NCBI GenBank assembly: GCA_964470595.1 | Contig: CAYYDO010000003.1 | Coordinates: forward strand, 4,459 to 43,859 | Direction of reading: 5' to 3' | Source of the DNA: an uncultured Burkholderiaceae bacterium | GTDB lineage: Bacteria; Pseudomonadota; Gammaproteobacteria; Burkholderiales; Burkholderiaceae_A | DNA: 39,401 nt | In this document: one piece after another, positions 9,694 through 20,011 of the stretch | Layout of the letters: every line of letters starts with the position of its first letter | Numbering within the stretch: the first letter of the stretch is position 1 | The notes under the pieces: generated by a model | What the model was told of the DNA's origin: nothing | The model's database searches: none | The model's input: only the letters and a program-made list of their open reading frames with translations | Program-made: the position numbers and the translations under genes

Positions 9694-11472
9694 ATGCTCG
9701 TTTCACAACGACTACAACTCGCCCATCTCATCCACGAGTCCTTGTGCCGGATCGCCGAGGGCCTGAACCGACCACTCGAAAACGTTGATGTCCAGTCGGT
9801 TCTCGATACGCTTGACCCGCCCCGTCAGCCCGAGCACGGAGACCTGGCCACCAATGCAGCGCTTCGACTGGCCCGGGGTCTCGGGTTGGCGCCGCCGCAG
9901 ATCGGCGGGCAGCTTGCAGCGTTCATGCGTGCTGATCCGAGAGCCGCCGGCATGCTTGCGGATATCGATGTGGCCGGGCCGGGGTTTGTCAATTTCCGTC
10001 TGACGCATGCTGCTCGTGCGCAGGTCCTTCTCGAGATCGCGGCAGACCCCCCTGCATTCGGCTTGCGCGCCATCGGTCCGGACGCGCCGCATGTGCTGCT
10101 CGAGTTCGTGTCCGCCAATCCAACGGGTCCCCTGCATGTGGGTCATGGCCGTCAGGCGGCACTGGGTGACACCCTTGCAGCGATGATTGAGGCTGCGGGC
10201 TGCCGGGTATCGCGCGAGTTCTACTACAACGATGCGGGTGCGCAGATCCAGAACCTGGCCCTTTCCGTGCAGGCCCGTGCGCGGGGTGTGCAACCTGACG
10301 ATCCCGCATTTCCGGCAGATGGCTATCGTGGCGATTACATCGCGGACATTGCACGTGCCTACCTGGATGGGGCCACGGCCAGCGCTCTCGACAGTGCCCC
10401 TGTCGTCTCCAGCGGAGACATCGAGGATATCGATTCCATTCGGCGGTTTGCCGTGAACTATCTTCGACACGAGCAGGATCTCGATCTGCGGGCCTTCGGT
10501 GTGTCCTTTGATCGGCATGTCCTCGAATCGGGGCTCTACACCGACGGTCGCGTCGCCGCAGTCGTGGATGCACTGATTGCGAGTGGGCACACGTATGAGC
10601 AGGACGGGGCCCTGTGGTTGCGCAGCACTTCCTTCGGGGACGACAAGGACCGTGTCATGCGCAAGACTGACGGCAGTTACACCTACTTCGTGCCGGATGT
10701 CGCCTATCACGTCTACAAATGGGAACGTGGTTTCAGCAAGGCGATCAATATTCAGGGTTCGGATCATCACGGCACTCTGGCGCGTGTGCGCGCGGGTCTC
10801 CAGGCTCTGGGGCGCGGCATACCAGAGGGCTTTCCAGACGTGGTCTTCCACAAGATGGTGACCGTGATGCGCCATGGTCAGGAGGTCAAGATCTCCAAGC
10901 GTGCTGGCAGCTATGTCACCTTGCGCGATCTCATCAGTTGGTCGGGGGAGATCGACGACCCATCGGGCGAGATGGTGGCCGTCGATGAGCAGCGTGGCCG
11001 CGATGCAGTTCGTTTTTTCCTGGTGTCGCGCAAGGCCGAGGCCGAGTTTGTGTTCGATATCGATCTCGCGCTTTCCCGCAGTGATGACAATCCCGTCTAC
11101 TACATCCAGTACGCGCACGCGCGGATCTGCAGCGTACTGACACAGGCCTCCTCGGATGCAACCACGGTATTCGGTTCCGCAAAAGATGTTGCCATCGAGA
11201 TGCTGTCAGCGCCCCGCGAGCAGGCGCTTCTGAATCGTCTGGGCATATTCCCGGATGTGATTGCCGACGCCGCACAGGAACTCTCGCCGCATCTCATGGC
11301 GTTTTATCTGCGTGATCTGGCCGCCGACTTTCATGCGTTCTACAACAGCGAGCGGGTCCTGGTGGAAGACGGCGATCTGCGATCTGCAAGGTTGTTGCTG
11401 TTGGCGGCGACGGCCCGGGTCTTGCAAAGCGGTCTCGGGCTGCTCGGTGTTTCAGCACCGTCGCGGATGTGA
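9694..11472 (+). CDS. argS: Arginine--tRNA ligase
   Basis: [29 protein letters not shown] (HIGH), KISKRAG (KMSKS-like), [13 protein letters not shown]-terminal SAPSRM. Confidence 0.97.
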   Translation: MLVSQRLQLAHLIHESLCRIAEGLNRPLENVDVQSVLDTLDPPRQPEHGDLATNAALRLARGLGLAPPQIGGQLAAFMRADPRAAGMLADIDVAGPGFVNFRLTHAARAQVLLEIAADPPAFGLRAIGPDAPHVLLEFVSANPTGPLHVGHGRQAALGDTLAAMIEAAGCRVSREFYYNDAGAQIQNLALSVQARARGVQPDDPAFPADGYRGDYIADIARAYLDGATASALDSAPVVSSGDIEDIDSIRRFAVNYLRHEQDLDLRAFGVSFDRHVLESGLYTDGRVAAVVDALIASGHTYEQDGALWLRSTSFGDDKDRVMRKTDGSYTYFVPDVAYHVYKWERGFSKAINIQGSDHHGTLARVRAGLQALGRGIPEGFPDVVFHKMVTVMRHGQEVKISKRAGSYVTLRDLISWSGEIDDPSGEMVAVDEQRGRDAVRFFLVSRKAEAEFVFDIDLALSRSDDNPVYYIQYAHARICSVLTQASSDATTVFGSAKDVAIEMLSAPREQALLNRLGIFPDVIADAAQELSPHLMAFYLRDLAADFHAFYNSERVLVEDGDLRSARLLLLAATARVLQSGLGLLGVSAPSRM

Positions 11473-11520
11473 TGATAGAGTTCCTTCGGATCCTCTCCGA
11501 TCGGGTCCGGGCAAAGCGAC

Positions 11521-12087
11521 ATGCGTTCGAGTGTGGTGCGACACAACAGGGCTGAACCCTCCAAAGCGGGGTTCTTGCGGGCCAATCCCTTCATGGCGGG
11601 GTTGGCTGTCGGGCTTCTTTCGTCTGCCTTGATCGCGCTTTACATCACGCAGTCGCCTTTGCCTTTTGTGGATCGTGTCGGCACGCGTCCCGCCGAAAAA
11701 TCCCGCGCGAACCCGGATCGCGCCGCTTCAGAGGAATTGATCGACCCGAACAAGGGCTTGCTGGCCAAAGACGCCGGTGAAACCGAAACCGTGAGTGAAG
11801 CCGGGATCGACCCCAAGACCGTATCACCCTCAGGTCTGAGTTATCTGCTGCAGGTTGGTGCTTTTCGATCCATGGAAGACGCCGAGCAGATGCGTGCCCG
11901 CATGGCCATCCTGGGTTTCGAGGCGCGTATCACCGATATCGAGAGAGATGGCGCGGTCTGGCACCGGGTGCGACTCGGCCCATACGGATCCATTGAAGAG
12001 TTGAACAAATCCAAGGCGCGGGTGTCGGAGAACGGCATCGATTCCACCGTCATTCGCGTCAACGTGCGCCCAGGAGTCACCCAATGA
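11521..12087 (+). CDS. SPOR-domain cell division protein (FtsN-like)
   Basis: N-terminal TM helix; C-terminal YLLQVGAF...HRVRLGPY SPOR domain; argS-SPOR-dsbA order. Confidence 0.88.
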   Translation: MRSSVVRHNRAEPSKAGFLRANPFMAGLAVGLLSSALIALYITQSPLPFVDRVGTRPAEKSRANPDRAASEELIDPNKGLLAKDAGETETVSEAGIDPKTVSPSGLSYLLQVGAFRSMEDAEQMRARMAILGFEARITDIERDGAVWHRVRLGPYGSIEELNKSKARVSENGIDSTVIRVNVRPGVTQ

Positions 12088-12746
12088 GTCGTCCATCGTC
12101 CCGCTCGGGTCGTCGTCGTTTCACGATGGCGCTGGCGGCATTGTCCGCAGGTCTTCCTGTCGCCACCATTCGCGCCCAGCAGACGCCCGACGAGGGTTTT
12201 GATTACCGTGCGTTGCGCGACACCGTTCCCACATCGAGCCCGGGCAAGATCGAAGTCATCGAGTTCTTCTGGTATGCCTGTCCGCATTGTTACCACCTCG
12301 AACCACATCTTGCGAAGTGGTTATCCGGCCTGGCTTCCGATGTTGTTTTTCGCAAGGTGCATGTGGCATTTCGCGGTGACACCCACCAGAAGATCTTCTA
12401 CACCTTGCAGGCGCTTGGGAGAGCAGAGGCACTGGGCCCCAAGGTGTTTGACGAGATTCACCAGCGTGGCAATGCCCTGAATACGCTTGCCGATGCTTCG
12501 GAATGGGCGCGTCGTCAGGGCCTCGATGTCTCCGCATTCGAGTCCGCATGGAATTCCTTTGGCGTCCAGACACAGCAAAAGCGCGCCAATGCGCTGGTGA
12601 CTGCCTATCGTGTGGATGGCGTTCCGATGTTCGGCATCAACGGCCGCTACATCACCTCACCTGCGATGGTGGGAGGCAGTCATGCCCGCGCGCTTCAGGT
12701 GGTCGATCACCTGATCGGGCTGGAGCGCCGCGGCAAGAGGGTCTGA
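12084..12746 (+). CDS. dsbA: Thiol:disulfide interchange protein DsbA
   Basis: Signal peptide, EFFWYACPHCY, cis-Pro GVP; ATGA overlap with the SPOR gene. Confidence 0.93.
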   Translation: MSRPSSRSGRRRFTMALAALSAGLPVATIRAQQTPDEGFDYRALRDTVPTSSPGKIEVIEFFWYACPHCYHLEPHLAKWLSGLASDVVFRKVHVAFRGDTHQKIFYTLQALGRAEALGPKVFDEIHQRGNALNTLADASEWARRQGLDVSAFESAWNSFGVQTQQKRANALVTAYRVDGVPMFGINGRYITSPAMVGGSHARALQVVDHLIGLERRGKRV

Positions 12747-12781
12747 GAGCCGGGTTCGGTCGGCGTTGTTGCGGGATTCCG

Positions 12782-13690
12782 TCAGGAGGGGGTGGTGGTG
12801 TCGCTCGCCGGGTCATCGCGGGTGGATCTGACGGCAGCGTAAGCGTCCTCTCTGCGTACGCCCAGCATCTTGACCAGGCAGCGAGCCGCAGTGGCAGCGG
12901 GCATTTCCTTCCCGAGTACTGCCGCCCATTGTTCGAGCTTTGCACGATCGATCGCTGTCTCATCGGTCTCGATACTCCCCAGATCGAAGACCCACACCAT
13001 CTCACCCTTTGCAGACGCCGGGTCACGTTCCCGGAGGCATTCGATCTTCTCGCGTACTTCCCGAATCGATCCGCGCACGATCGTTTCGTACTGTTTGGTC
13101 AACTCTCGTCCGAACATCATTGGTGTATCGGACCCGAAAACATCCTCGCAATCGGCAAGGGATTCCCCGGCGCGATGGGGCGTCTCGAAGATGACGGCCA
13201 GTCCCGCACGACGCTTTACAAGCTGCAGCCACGTCCGTCGGGCCGATGGCTTTGCGGGAGAGAATCCCCAGAAGCTCATCGGCCAGCGTGTGAACCCGCA
13301 GACGCTCAATGCGGTGATGACAGCGCTGGGACCCGGCAGCGGGGTGACGGTGAAGCCGGCACGCCAGGCAGCGTCCACAGCGAGAGCGCCGGGATCCGAG
13401 ATGGCAGGCGTTCCGGCATCACTGACCAGCATCACGGATCGTTGCCTGGAGAGCGCATCGAGCAACTGGTCAATCACATCACGCTCGTTATGCTGATGCA
13501 ACGGACGAACGGTTGTTGCCGACCGGTGCAGTCCAAGCCCCCGAAGAAGTGCAAGGGTGTGCCGCGTATCCTCGGCAAAGATGAGATCACAGTTCTCGAG
13601 CGCTGCGCGCACCCGATCTGTGATGTCACCCAGATGGCCGAGTGGTGTGGCTGCCACATACAATCCCGGCGGAAATGACGGTCTCTCCAT
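12782..13690 (-). CDS. rsmI: 16S rRNA C1402 2'-O-methyltransferase
   Basis: LYVAATPLG, AEDTR, VSDAGTPAISDPG, PGPSA, RELTKQYE. Start at ATG 13690 is inferred. Confidence 0.93.
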   Translation of the reverse strand: MERPSFPPGLYVAATPLGHLGDITDRVRAALENCDLIFAEDTRHTLALLRGLGLHRSATTVRPLHQHNERDVIDQLLDALSRQRSVMLVSDAGTPAISDPGALAVDAAWRAGFTVTPLPGPSAVITALSVCGFTRWPMSFWGFSPAKPSARRTWLQLVKRRAGLAVIFETPHRAGESLADCEDVFGSDTPMMFGRELTKQYETIVRGSIREVREKIECLRERDPASAKGEMVWVFDLGSIETDETAIDRAKLEQWAAVLGKEMPAATAARCLVKMLGVRREDAYAAVRSTRDDPASDTTTPS

Positions 13691-14064
13691 CCGCCCATTC
13701 TCGCCGAATCGCCGCACAGCGGGCAGGGCGTGTTGCCGAGGAAACCGCGCAGGCCTGGCTTGCCGCGAGAGGGCTTCTGTTGGTGGCGCGCAATGTGCGC
13801 TGTCGTCTCGGTGAAGTCGATCTGATCATGCGTGATGGCATGTTTCTGGTGTTCGTGGAGGTTCGGTACCGCAGTGCCTCACGTTATGGTTGCGCGTCTG
13901 CCACTGTGGATCATCGCAAACAGGGGCGCATCATCCGGGCCGCACGTTACTGGATGATGCATCTCAGGGGCCCCTTGCCTCCATGCCGGTTTGATGTCCT
14001 TGCCATCGATGGCGATCATATCGACTGGCTGCAAGGCGCTTTTGATGCGGCCGGCCACCTATAA
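13675..14064 (+). CDS. yraN: YraN family (UPF0102) putative endonuclease
   Basis: GRVAEE, RNVRCRLGEVDLIM, LVFVEVRYR, CRFDV; divergent from rsmI. Confidence 0.9.
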   Translation: MTVSPSAHSRRIAAQRAGRVAEETAQAWLAARGLLLVARNVRCRLGEVDLIMRDGMFLVFVEVRYRSASRYGCASATVDHRKQGRIIRAARYWMMHLRGPLPPCRFDVLAIDGDHIDWLQGAFDAAGHL

Positions 14065-14122
14065 TCAGTCATTGCCAGAGTCGCGCCGTCAGGCGCTGCG
14101 CCTACCCCTAAAGGAATTTGCG

Positions 14123-14977
14123 ATGCAGCCCATCTTCAGCACCTCGTGTGCCGGTTTGTCCGACCTGCCAGTTGTTCGTGCACCAGTATCCCGTGCCCTT
14201 CGGGCCGGCCTTCTGGCATGCGTATTGGCGGGCATGTCCGTTGTCTTGTCGGGGTGTTTCCCGGTGGTGGCCACTGGCGTCGTGGCCGGTGCACTGTCGG
14301 TTGCAGACCGTCGTACCACCGGTGCTCAGACCGAAGATCAGGCGATCGAGATCAAGGCCGCGAATCGTTTCCGGGATACCTTCAAATCGGATCAGGTGTC
14401 TCTCACGGTCGTCAGCTTCAACCGCATCGCGCTTGTCACCGGTTTTGTTCCGGACGAGAAAACGCGTGCCGAGGCAGTGCGTCTGGTGACAGCGATCGAG
14501 AATGTTCGGGGCGTACTCAATGAGATCGTGATCGGGTCGCCTCCACCGTCGTTGGCCAGTTATGGCTCGGACAGCCTGATTACCGCCCGGGTCAAGTCGG
14601 CATTGATCGATTCGAGGGACCTCCAGGGCCACGCGATCAAGGTGTTCACTGAGTCGTCCGTGGTCTATCTGATGGGAATCGTGACCGAGCGTGAGGCGCG
14701 TCTGGCATCCCAGATCGCCTCGCGTGTAGCTGGGGTACGTCGCGTCGTACAAGCCTTTGAAATCATCACCGAGGCCGAACTCGAGCGACTGCAGGCCCAG
14801 CTCGGCATGGAGCGTCAGCCCAGAACGGCCCCCTCTGGAGCAACGGGCTCTGCGGGTGCCCGGCCGGCCTCTTCCCCTGCACCGGCGGGCGGCTCTGGCG
14901 CGGCGCCGTCTCCTGACCCGAGGTCGCAGGGCGCACCTGCGCACCAGGGCGGAACGGTCGTTACCCCGATTCGCTGA
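14123..14977 (+). CDS. Dual-BON-domain lipoprotein (DolP/YraP-like) with Pro/Ala-rich tail
   Basis: Lipobox LSGC, DRRTTGAQTED, DSLITARVKSAL, VYLMGIVT; TATAAT at 14060-14065 upstream. Confidence 0.9.
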   Translation: MQPIFSTSCAGLSDLPVVRAPVSRALRAGLLACVLAGMSVVLSGCFPVVATGVVAGALSVADRRTTGAQTEDQAIEIKAANRFRDTFKSDQVSLTVVSFNRIALVTGFVPDEKTRAEAVRLVTAIENVRGVLNEIVIGSPPPSLASYGSDSLITARVKSALIDSRDLQGHAIKVFTESSVVYLMGIVTEREARLASQIASRVAGVRRVVQAFEIITEAELERLQAQLGMERQPRTAPSGATGSAGARPASSPAPAGGSGAAPSPDPRSQGAPAHQGGTVVTPIR

Positions 14978-15006
14978 GCGGTCTTCAGCCCGGAAATCTC
15001 CCGGTT

Positions 15007-15255
15007 TCAGGACGGGGTGATCGGCGCGCAGTCGAAGCCTGCCCCTTCGACGGCGGCGCAGATTTCCCTGCCGGCCTGTTCACGACGCACCGCGTCGACC
15101 CCGGCTGCCCACTGCACCTGTGCCTCGCTGCGAGACCTGTTCACCTGCACGACCTGCACATCCATGACGCTGCCTATGGCGCGTGATACGGCCTGCTCGC
15201 AGCCGCCACAGGTCATGCCGGTAATCAGGAATCGCGTGGTTGAGATGTCGTTCAT
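15007..15255 (-). CDS. Heavy-metal-associated (HMA) chaperone, CopZ-like
   Basis: GMTCGGC motif and C-terminal VEGAGF; directly downstream of the P-type ATPase. Confidence 0.88.
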   Translation of the reverse strand: MNDISTTRFLITGMTCGGCEQAVSRAIGSVMDVQVVQVNRSRSEAQVQWAAGVDAVRREQAGREICAAVEGAGFDCAPITPS

Positions 15256-15267
15256 GAAAGGGGCTCC

Positions 15268-17478
15268 TCAGGTTCGCGGTCTCCAGTTGAGCATTCTCGC
15301 CGCATTGCTCACCACCAGGAAAGAACTGAATGCCATGGCCACGCCGGCGACGGTGGGAGAGAGCTTCCCCAGGGCAGCGATGGGTATTGCCACGAGGTTG
15401 AAGGAAAAGGCGAATGCGAGATTTTCCCTGACCCTCGCCATCGTGCTTCTGGCCAGAAGGATGCTTTGAATGCTCGCCTGAAGTGGCGCATTGCTGGAAA
15501 TGGTCAGGTCGGCCGTTTCGAGGGCCATTGCAGAGCCGCTGGCCATGGCAATACCCAGGTGTGCGTGGGCCATCGCCGAAGCATCATTGATTCCGTCGCC
15601 GACCATCGCCACCTTGCGCCCCTCTCGACGCAAGTCATCGAGTCGGGCCGCCTTGGCCTCTGGTGATTGCGCGGATTCAAACGGCAACTGTCCGAGCTGT
15701 GATGCCACCCGGCGCACAGCGCTTTCACGATCACCACTCAGGATCAGAACATCGATGTTTTCATTGCGGAGTGTGCGGACGGCCTCATGCGCATCCGGCC
15801 TCAGGCTGTCTGCAATCCATATGCGGCCCTGCCACTGACCATCGATGGCGACATCCACTGCGCTGGCATCGGGATGCTGTCCGTCCAGAGCATTCCATCG
15901 CATATCCGCGGGGTTTTTCAATTGCTCCCGAACCCACTGGGATCGGCCTACGATCACCGGACCCGGTGTGGCAATGACGCCTTGCCCCGGCCGCACCTCT
16001 GCATTCTGCAGGACCGGCATGGGTCTGCCGGCCGCATAGGCAAGCAGAGCGCCGGCAAGCGGGTGTTCGATGCCCTTTTCCGCCGCCGCCGCGGCGGCCA
16101 GCCATGCCGGCCAGGGGCGGTCATCCGTATCAGACCGGATCTCGACCGAGATGTCCTGTCCTGCGGACAGTGCGATGACCACGGGCCGGCCCGAGGTCAG
16201 GGTGCCGGTTTTATCGAACACCACCATGTCGAGATTTGCCGCACGTTGAAGCGCCTCCGCGCTCCGAAAGAGCCAACCCCGTTGCGCAGCACGAGCCAGA
16301 CCTGCCGCAATGGCTGCTGGTGTTGCCTGTCCGAGTGCGCATGGACAGGCCACCACCAGGACGGCAACTGCGTGACCGAGGGAAGCCGTGATGTCTGCTC
16401 CCGCGAGCAGATGCCCTGCCAAAGTCGCGGCTGAAATTGCCAGAACCGCAGGCACGAAGACAGCGGCGATGCGGTCGGCGAGGGCTGCGATGGGTGCTCG
16501 GGTGCCGAGTGCATCGAGAATCTTCGCGCCGATGCGTGCGCGACGGGACTCCTGTTGACTGCACATCACATCGACAACCAGGCGGCCCGAGAGATTCTGG
16601 CATCCCGCATACACGGTCTCCCCGATACTTCGCAACGCCGGGACGCTTTCCCCCGTCATGCTGCTCTCATCGATCTCGCTTCGTCCTTCGGTGATGATTG
16701 CATCCACGCTGATCGGATCTCCCGGCAGGATCTCCAGGCGCGCCCCCGAGGTGATGCGTGCGACATCCGTGCGGACGAATTGTGCAAGGTCATTGCGCCA
16801 CATCCGCACGGGCGCGTCCTCGATTCTGACCAGAGCCGCGATCGCGGCAAGCGCCCGGCTTCGGGCCCTGAGTTCCAGATGCCTGCCGATGCAGACCATG
16901 GCCAGCACCACCACCGAGGTTTCAAAATACACAGCCGGCGTTGCACCATGATCGAGGGGGCCTGCTTCCGAGAGCAGCCCGTGGCTATCCAGCCAGATGC
17001 TCACTGACCAGAAAAAGGCCGCGAGAGTGCCCAGGCTTACCAGCGACTCCATATTCGCAGCGCCTGCCCGCAGGGCGCGCAGTGCGCCCACATAGAACGG
17101 CCAGGCCACGACCGTCTGCATCAGTGTGGCGATTGCGAACTGGATGGCCAGGGGCAGGATATGGGGCCCCCCGGCGAGCATCGCCACCATTTCAATCGAC
17201 ATCAGGGCTGCAGCAACGATTGATATGCCAAGCCGGAACCGATCCGTTCCGCTGGTGGTCTCAATCACGATCTGCCTGGACTGGACCGGCCAGGCGTCAT
17301 AGCCGGCGCGTCGAATCGCGGCAATGGCATCGTCGGTCGTGAGTCCGGTGACGCGGGCCCGGTGTTCGATCAGGCTGACATGCGCCTCGACACCGGCAAT
17401 CCTGTTGAGCACCTTTTCGATGCGTGCCGAACAGGCCGCGCAGGTCATGCCTTCGATGTGAAGATCCACCTGATTCAT
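15268..17478 (-). CDS. P1B-type heavy-metal (copper-type) ATPase, CopA-like
   Basis: GMTCAAC, TGES, CPC, DKTGT, EHP, GDGIND, MAFSS. Confidence 0.92.
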   Translation of the reverse strand: MNQVDLHIEGMTCAACSARIEKVLNRIAGVEAHVSLIEHRARVTGLTTDDAIAAIRRAGYDAWPVQSRQIVIETTSGTDRFRLGISIVAAALMSIEMVAMLAGGPHILPLAIQFAIATLMQTVVAWPFYVGALRALRAGAANMESLVSLGTLAAFFWSVSIWLDSHGLLSEAGPLDHGATPAVYFETSVVVLAMVCIGRHLELRARSRALAAIAALVRIEDAPVRMWRNDLAQFVRTDVARITSGARLEILPGDPISVDAIITEGRSEIDESSMTGESVPALRSIGETVYAGCQNLSGRLVVDVMCSQQESRRARIGAKILDALGTRAPIAALADRIAAVFVPAVLAISAATLAGHLLAGADITASLGHAVAVLVVACPCALGQATPAAIAAGLARAAQRGWLFRSAEALQRAANLDMVVFDKTGTLTSGRPVVIALSAGQDISVEIRSDTDDRPWPAWLAAAAAAEKGIEHPLAGALLAYAAGRPMPVLQNAEVRPGQGVIATPGPVIVGRSQWVREQLKNPADMRWNALDGQHPDASAVDVAIDGQWQGRIWIADSLRPDAHEAVRTLRNENIDVLILSGDRESAVRRVASQLGQLPFESAQSPEAKAARLDDLRREGRKVAMVGDGINDASAMAHAHLGIAMASGSAMALETADLTISSNAPLQASIQSILLARSTMARVRENLAFAFSFNLVAIPIAALGKLSPTVAGVAMAFSSFLVVSNAARMLNWRPRT

Positions 17479-17496
17479 CTTTCTATAATGCCACCC

Positions 17497-18012
17497 ATGA
17501 AGACTTCGCTTATTCCCCGCCGTCCCGCGATACCCTTGATTCTCGGCCTTCTACTGCTCGCCCTGGTCGCTACGATTTCAACCGTCATGTTGCGGTCGTC
17601 ACCCGCGCCGGCGGTCACGGGCCAGACCATCTCGGGTCAGCCGGTCGGCCCGGATCAGCTTCGCGGTCGTCCGTACCTGGTGAATTTCTGGGCCACCAGT
17701 TGCGTCACCTGCGTCAAGGAAATGCCCGATCTCGTGAAGATTCATCAGGAGTTCGCAGCCCGTGGTTATCAGACCATCGCGGTGGCGATGAGTTACGACC
17801 GTCCGGATTACATCGAGACATTCGTTCGAGACCGCGGCATCCCTTTCCTGGTCATCCACGACACCGACAAGGCCTGGTCGACTGCCTTTGGTGATATCAG
17901 CGTGACGCCGACCACATTTCTGGTCGATCGCGAGGGAAAGATCATCAAGCGCTATGTGGGTGAGCCCAATTTCCCAGAGTTGCGCCGGATACTCGAAAAG
18001 CAACTGAGTTGA
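17497..18012 (+). CDS. TlpA/ResA-like membrane-anchored thiol-disulfide oxidoreductase
   Basis: N-terminal TM helix, VNFWATSCVTCVKEMP, TPTTFLVD. Confidence 0.9.
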   Translation: MKTSLIPRRPAIPLILGLLLLALVATISTVMLRSSPAPAVTGQTISGQPVGPDQLRGRPYLVNFWATSCVTCVKEMPDLVKIHQEFAARGYQTIAVAMSYDRPDYIETFVRDRGIPFLVIHDTDKAWSTAFGDISVTPTTFLVDREGKIIKRYVGEPNFPELRRILEKQLS

Positions 18013-18034
18013 TGTGCAGCCCGGGGGGCTTGGC

Positions 18035-19006
18035 TCAACCCGTATGGTGCGCTGACGGCAGCACCCCCGCCTGTTGCGCCTGCTGATCCGCGTGATAGGA
18101 CGATCGCACCAGAGCTCCGACCGCGGCATGAGTGAAACCCATCTCGCGCGCCTGTGCTTCGAACATGCGGAAGACATCGGGGTGCACATAGCGTCGCACC
18201 GGAAGATGGCTGGATGAAGGCGCCAGGTACTGGCCGATGGTCAGCATGTCGATGTCGTGGGCGCGCATGTCGCGCATGACTTCGAGGATTTCTTCATCGG
18301 TTTCGCCAAGACCCACCATCAGACCGCTCTTGGTGGGGACTCCCGGGAGTTCCTGTTTGAACCGTCGCAGCAGTTCGAGCGAGTGCTTGTAGTCCGAGCC
18401 GGGACGCGCCTCCCGGTAGAGCCTGGGCACTGTTTCCAGGTTGTGATTCATCACATCGGGAGGTGCTGCCTTGAGAATATCGAGTGCCCGGTCCATGCGG
18501 CCACGAAAATCGGGTACCAGGACCTCGATCTGTGTCTGCGGAGAACGCTGACGAACCTCCCGTATGCAGTCCACGAAGTGTGCGGCACCGCCATCCCGGA
18601 GGTCATCGCGGTCGCCACTGGTGATCACCACATAGCGCAACCGAAGGTCGGCGATCGTCTTGGCGAGGTTGACGGGCTCATCCGCATCGAGAGGGTCGGG
18701 TCGACCATGACCGACATCGCAGAAGGGGCAACGCCGGGTGCATTTGTCACCCATGATCATGAAGGTGGCCGTGCCCTTGCCGAAGCACTCACCGATGTTG
18801 GGACAGGACGCTTCCTCGCACACCGTATGCAACTTGTGTTCGCGAAGGATCTTCTTGATATCCAGAAAGCGCGTTGACGACGATGCTGCCTTGACGCGAA
18901 TCCAGTCCGGTTTGGGCAGGACCTCCGCAGGGACAACCTTGATCGGTATGCGCGATGTCTTTTCCGCGCCCTTTTGCTTTTTGAGTGGATCGTAACCGGT
19001 GCTCAT
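18035..19006 (-). CDS. lipA: Lipoyl synthase
   Basis: [20 protein letters not shown] radical-SAM motif, RSSY. Confidence 0.98.
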   Translation of the reverse strand: MSTGYDPLKKQKGAEKTSRIPIKVVPAEVLPKPDWIRVKAASSSTRFLDIKKILREHKLHTVCEEASCPNIGECFGKGTATFMIMGDKCTRRCPFCDVGHGRPDPLDADEPVNLAKTIADLRLRYVVITSGDRDDLRDGGAAHFVDCIREVRQRSPQTQIEVLVPDFRGRMDRALDILKAAPPDVMNHNLETVPRLYREARPGSDYKHSLELLRRFKQELPGVPTKSGLMVGLGETDEEILEVMRDMRAHDIDMLTIGQYLAPSSSHLPVRRYVHPDVFRMFEAQAREMGFTHAAVGALVRSSYHADQQAQQAGVLPSAHHTG

Positions 19007-19012
19007 GACGAA

Positions 19013-19690
19013 TCAGGTCCTCAGGGTGTTTTCGATTGCCGCACACAGTCGGTCGGCCACGTCTTCCCAGGACGGCGTGATGCCCATTGTAGCCATGTCG
19101 ACTGTGCGCAGTCCCGCATAGCCACAGGGGTTGATCGCGGTGAAGGGTTCGAGATCCATGGCAACGTTGAGTGCGACGCCGTGATAGGTGCAGCCACGAC
19201 TCACCTTCAGGCCGATGGCGCCAATCTTGGCCAGGCCATCGTGCTGCCTGCTCGCCGGGTGGTCATCAGGGACATATACCCCGGGAGCCCCTTCCCGCCG
19301 ACAGGCACCATTCAAACCAAAATGGATCAGGGTATCGATCATCGACTGCTCGAGTCGAGACACCATGTCCCTGACAAGAATGTGTCGCCTGCGGATGTCG
19401 ATCATGCAGTAGATCACCACCTGGCCGGGCCCGTGATACGTGATCTGACCTCCCCGCTCGGTTCGTACGACGGGGATATCCGAGGAACGCAGGAGGTGGG
19501 ATGTCAACCCGGCCTGCCCCAGGGTGAAGACCCCGTTGTGTTCGACCTGCCACAGTTCGTCGGGGGTTGTGGGGCCGCGCTCCTCGGTGAACTGGCGCAT
19601 GGCCTTCAGGGCCTCGACAAGGTCGGCGTTGCGCCATCGACGGCGCAGGGGATCCGGAGACGAGGTCGCTGCAGCGATGTCTGACATCAC
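19013..19690 (-). CDS. lipB: Octanoyltransferase
   Basis: EHNGVFTLGQ, RGGQITYHGPGQ, KIGAIG, HGVALN, INPCG. Start is GTG 19690 or ATG 19687. Confidence 0.96.
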   Translation of the reverse strand: MMSDIAAATSSPDPLRRRWRNADLVEALKAMRQFTEERGPTTPDELWQVEHNGVFTLGQAGLTSHLLRSSDIPVVRTERGGQITYHGPGQVVIYCMIDIRRRHILVRDMVSRLEQSMIDTLIHFGLNGACRREGAPGVYVPDDHPASRQHDGLAKIGAIGLKVSRGCTYHGVALNVAMDLEPFTAINPCGYAGLRTVDMATMGITPSWEDVADRLCAAIENTLRT

Positions 19691-19962
19691 TACAGAACGA
19701 TCTTCACCATGGGGTGATTGGTCAAGGCGAGATAGATGTTGTCGAGCTGCTCTCGGGATTGCGCGTGAACGGTAATGGTGAGGCCGAGGTAATTGCCATT
19801 GCGGCTGGGTCGCATCTCGACCAGGGCCGGGTTGAACAACGGGTCATGCGCGAGGATCAGTGTGCAGATGGCCTCGGCGAAGCCCTCCACGCGTGCTCCC
19901 ATGACCTTGATCGGGAAATCGCACGGATAACTGATCAGCGAGCTGCGTGACTCGGCAACCAT
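19690..19962 (-). CDS. ybeD: YbeD/DUF493 family protein
   Basis: LISYPCDFPIKVMG, SRNGNY, YLALTNHPMVKIVL; upstream of lipB. Confidence 0.92.
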   Translation of the reverse strand: MVAESRSSLISYPCDFPIKVMGARVEGFAEAICTLILAHDPLFNPALVEMRPSRNGNYLGLTITVHAQSREQLDNIYLALTNHPMVKIVL

Positions 19963-20011
19963 GTTTCAATCCTCATCGCATCCCGCGCCTCAGGTGATGT
20001 GCGACCTTGTG

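Noticed and set aside
9712-11118. Long antisense ORFs (also 2659..3663, 31507..32895, 32703..33695, 36376..37266)
   Set aside because: They mirror well-supported genes, show no motifs and are expected from GC-rich codon usage.
14810-14977. Low-complexity Pro/Ala/Gly tracts in the BON, PhaM-like and DUF3108-like proteins as repeats
   Set aside because: No nucleotide-level periodicity; ordinary disordered linkers.
18610-18630. Lip[11 protein letters not shown] instead of the usual TSVDRDDL
   Set aside because: A single-base change; all cluster-binding motifs are intact, so it could be an error or a neutral variant.
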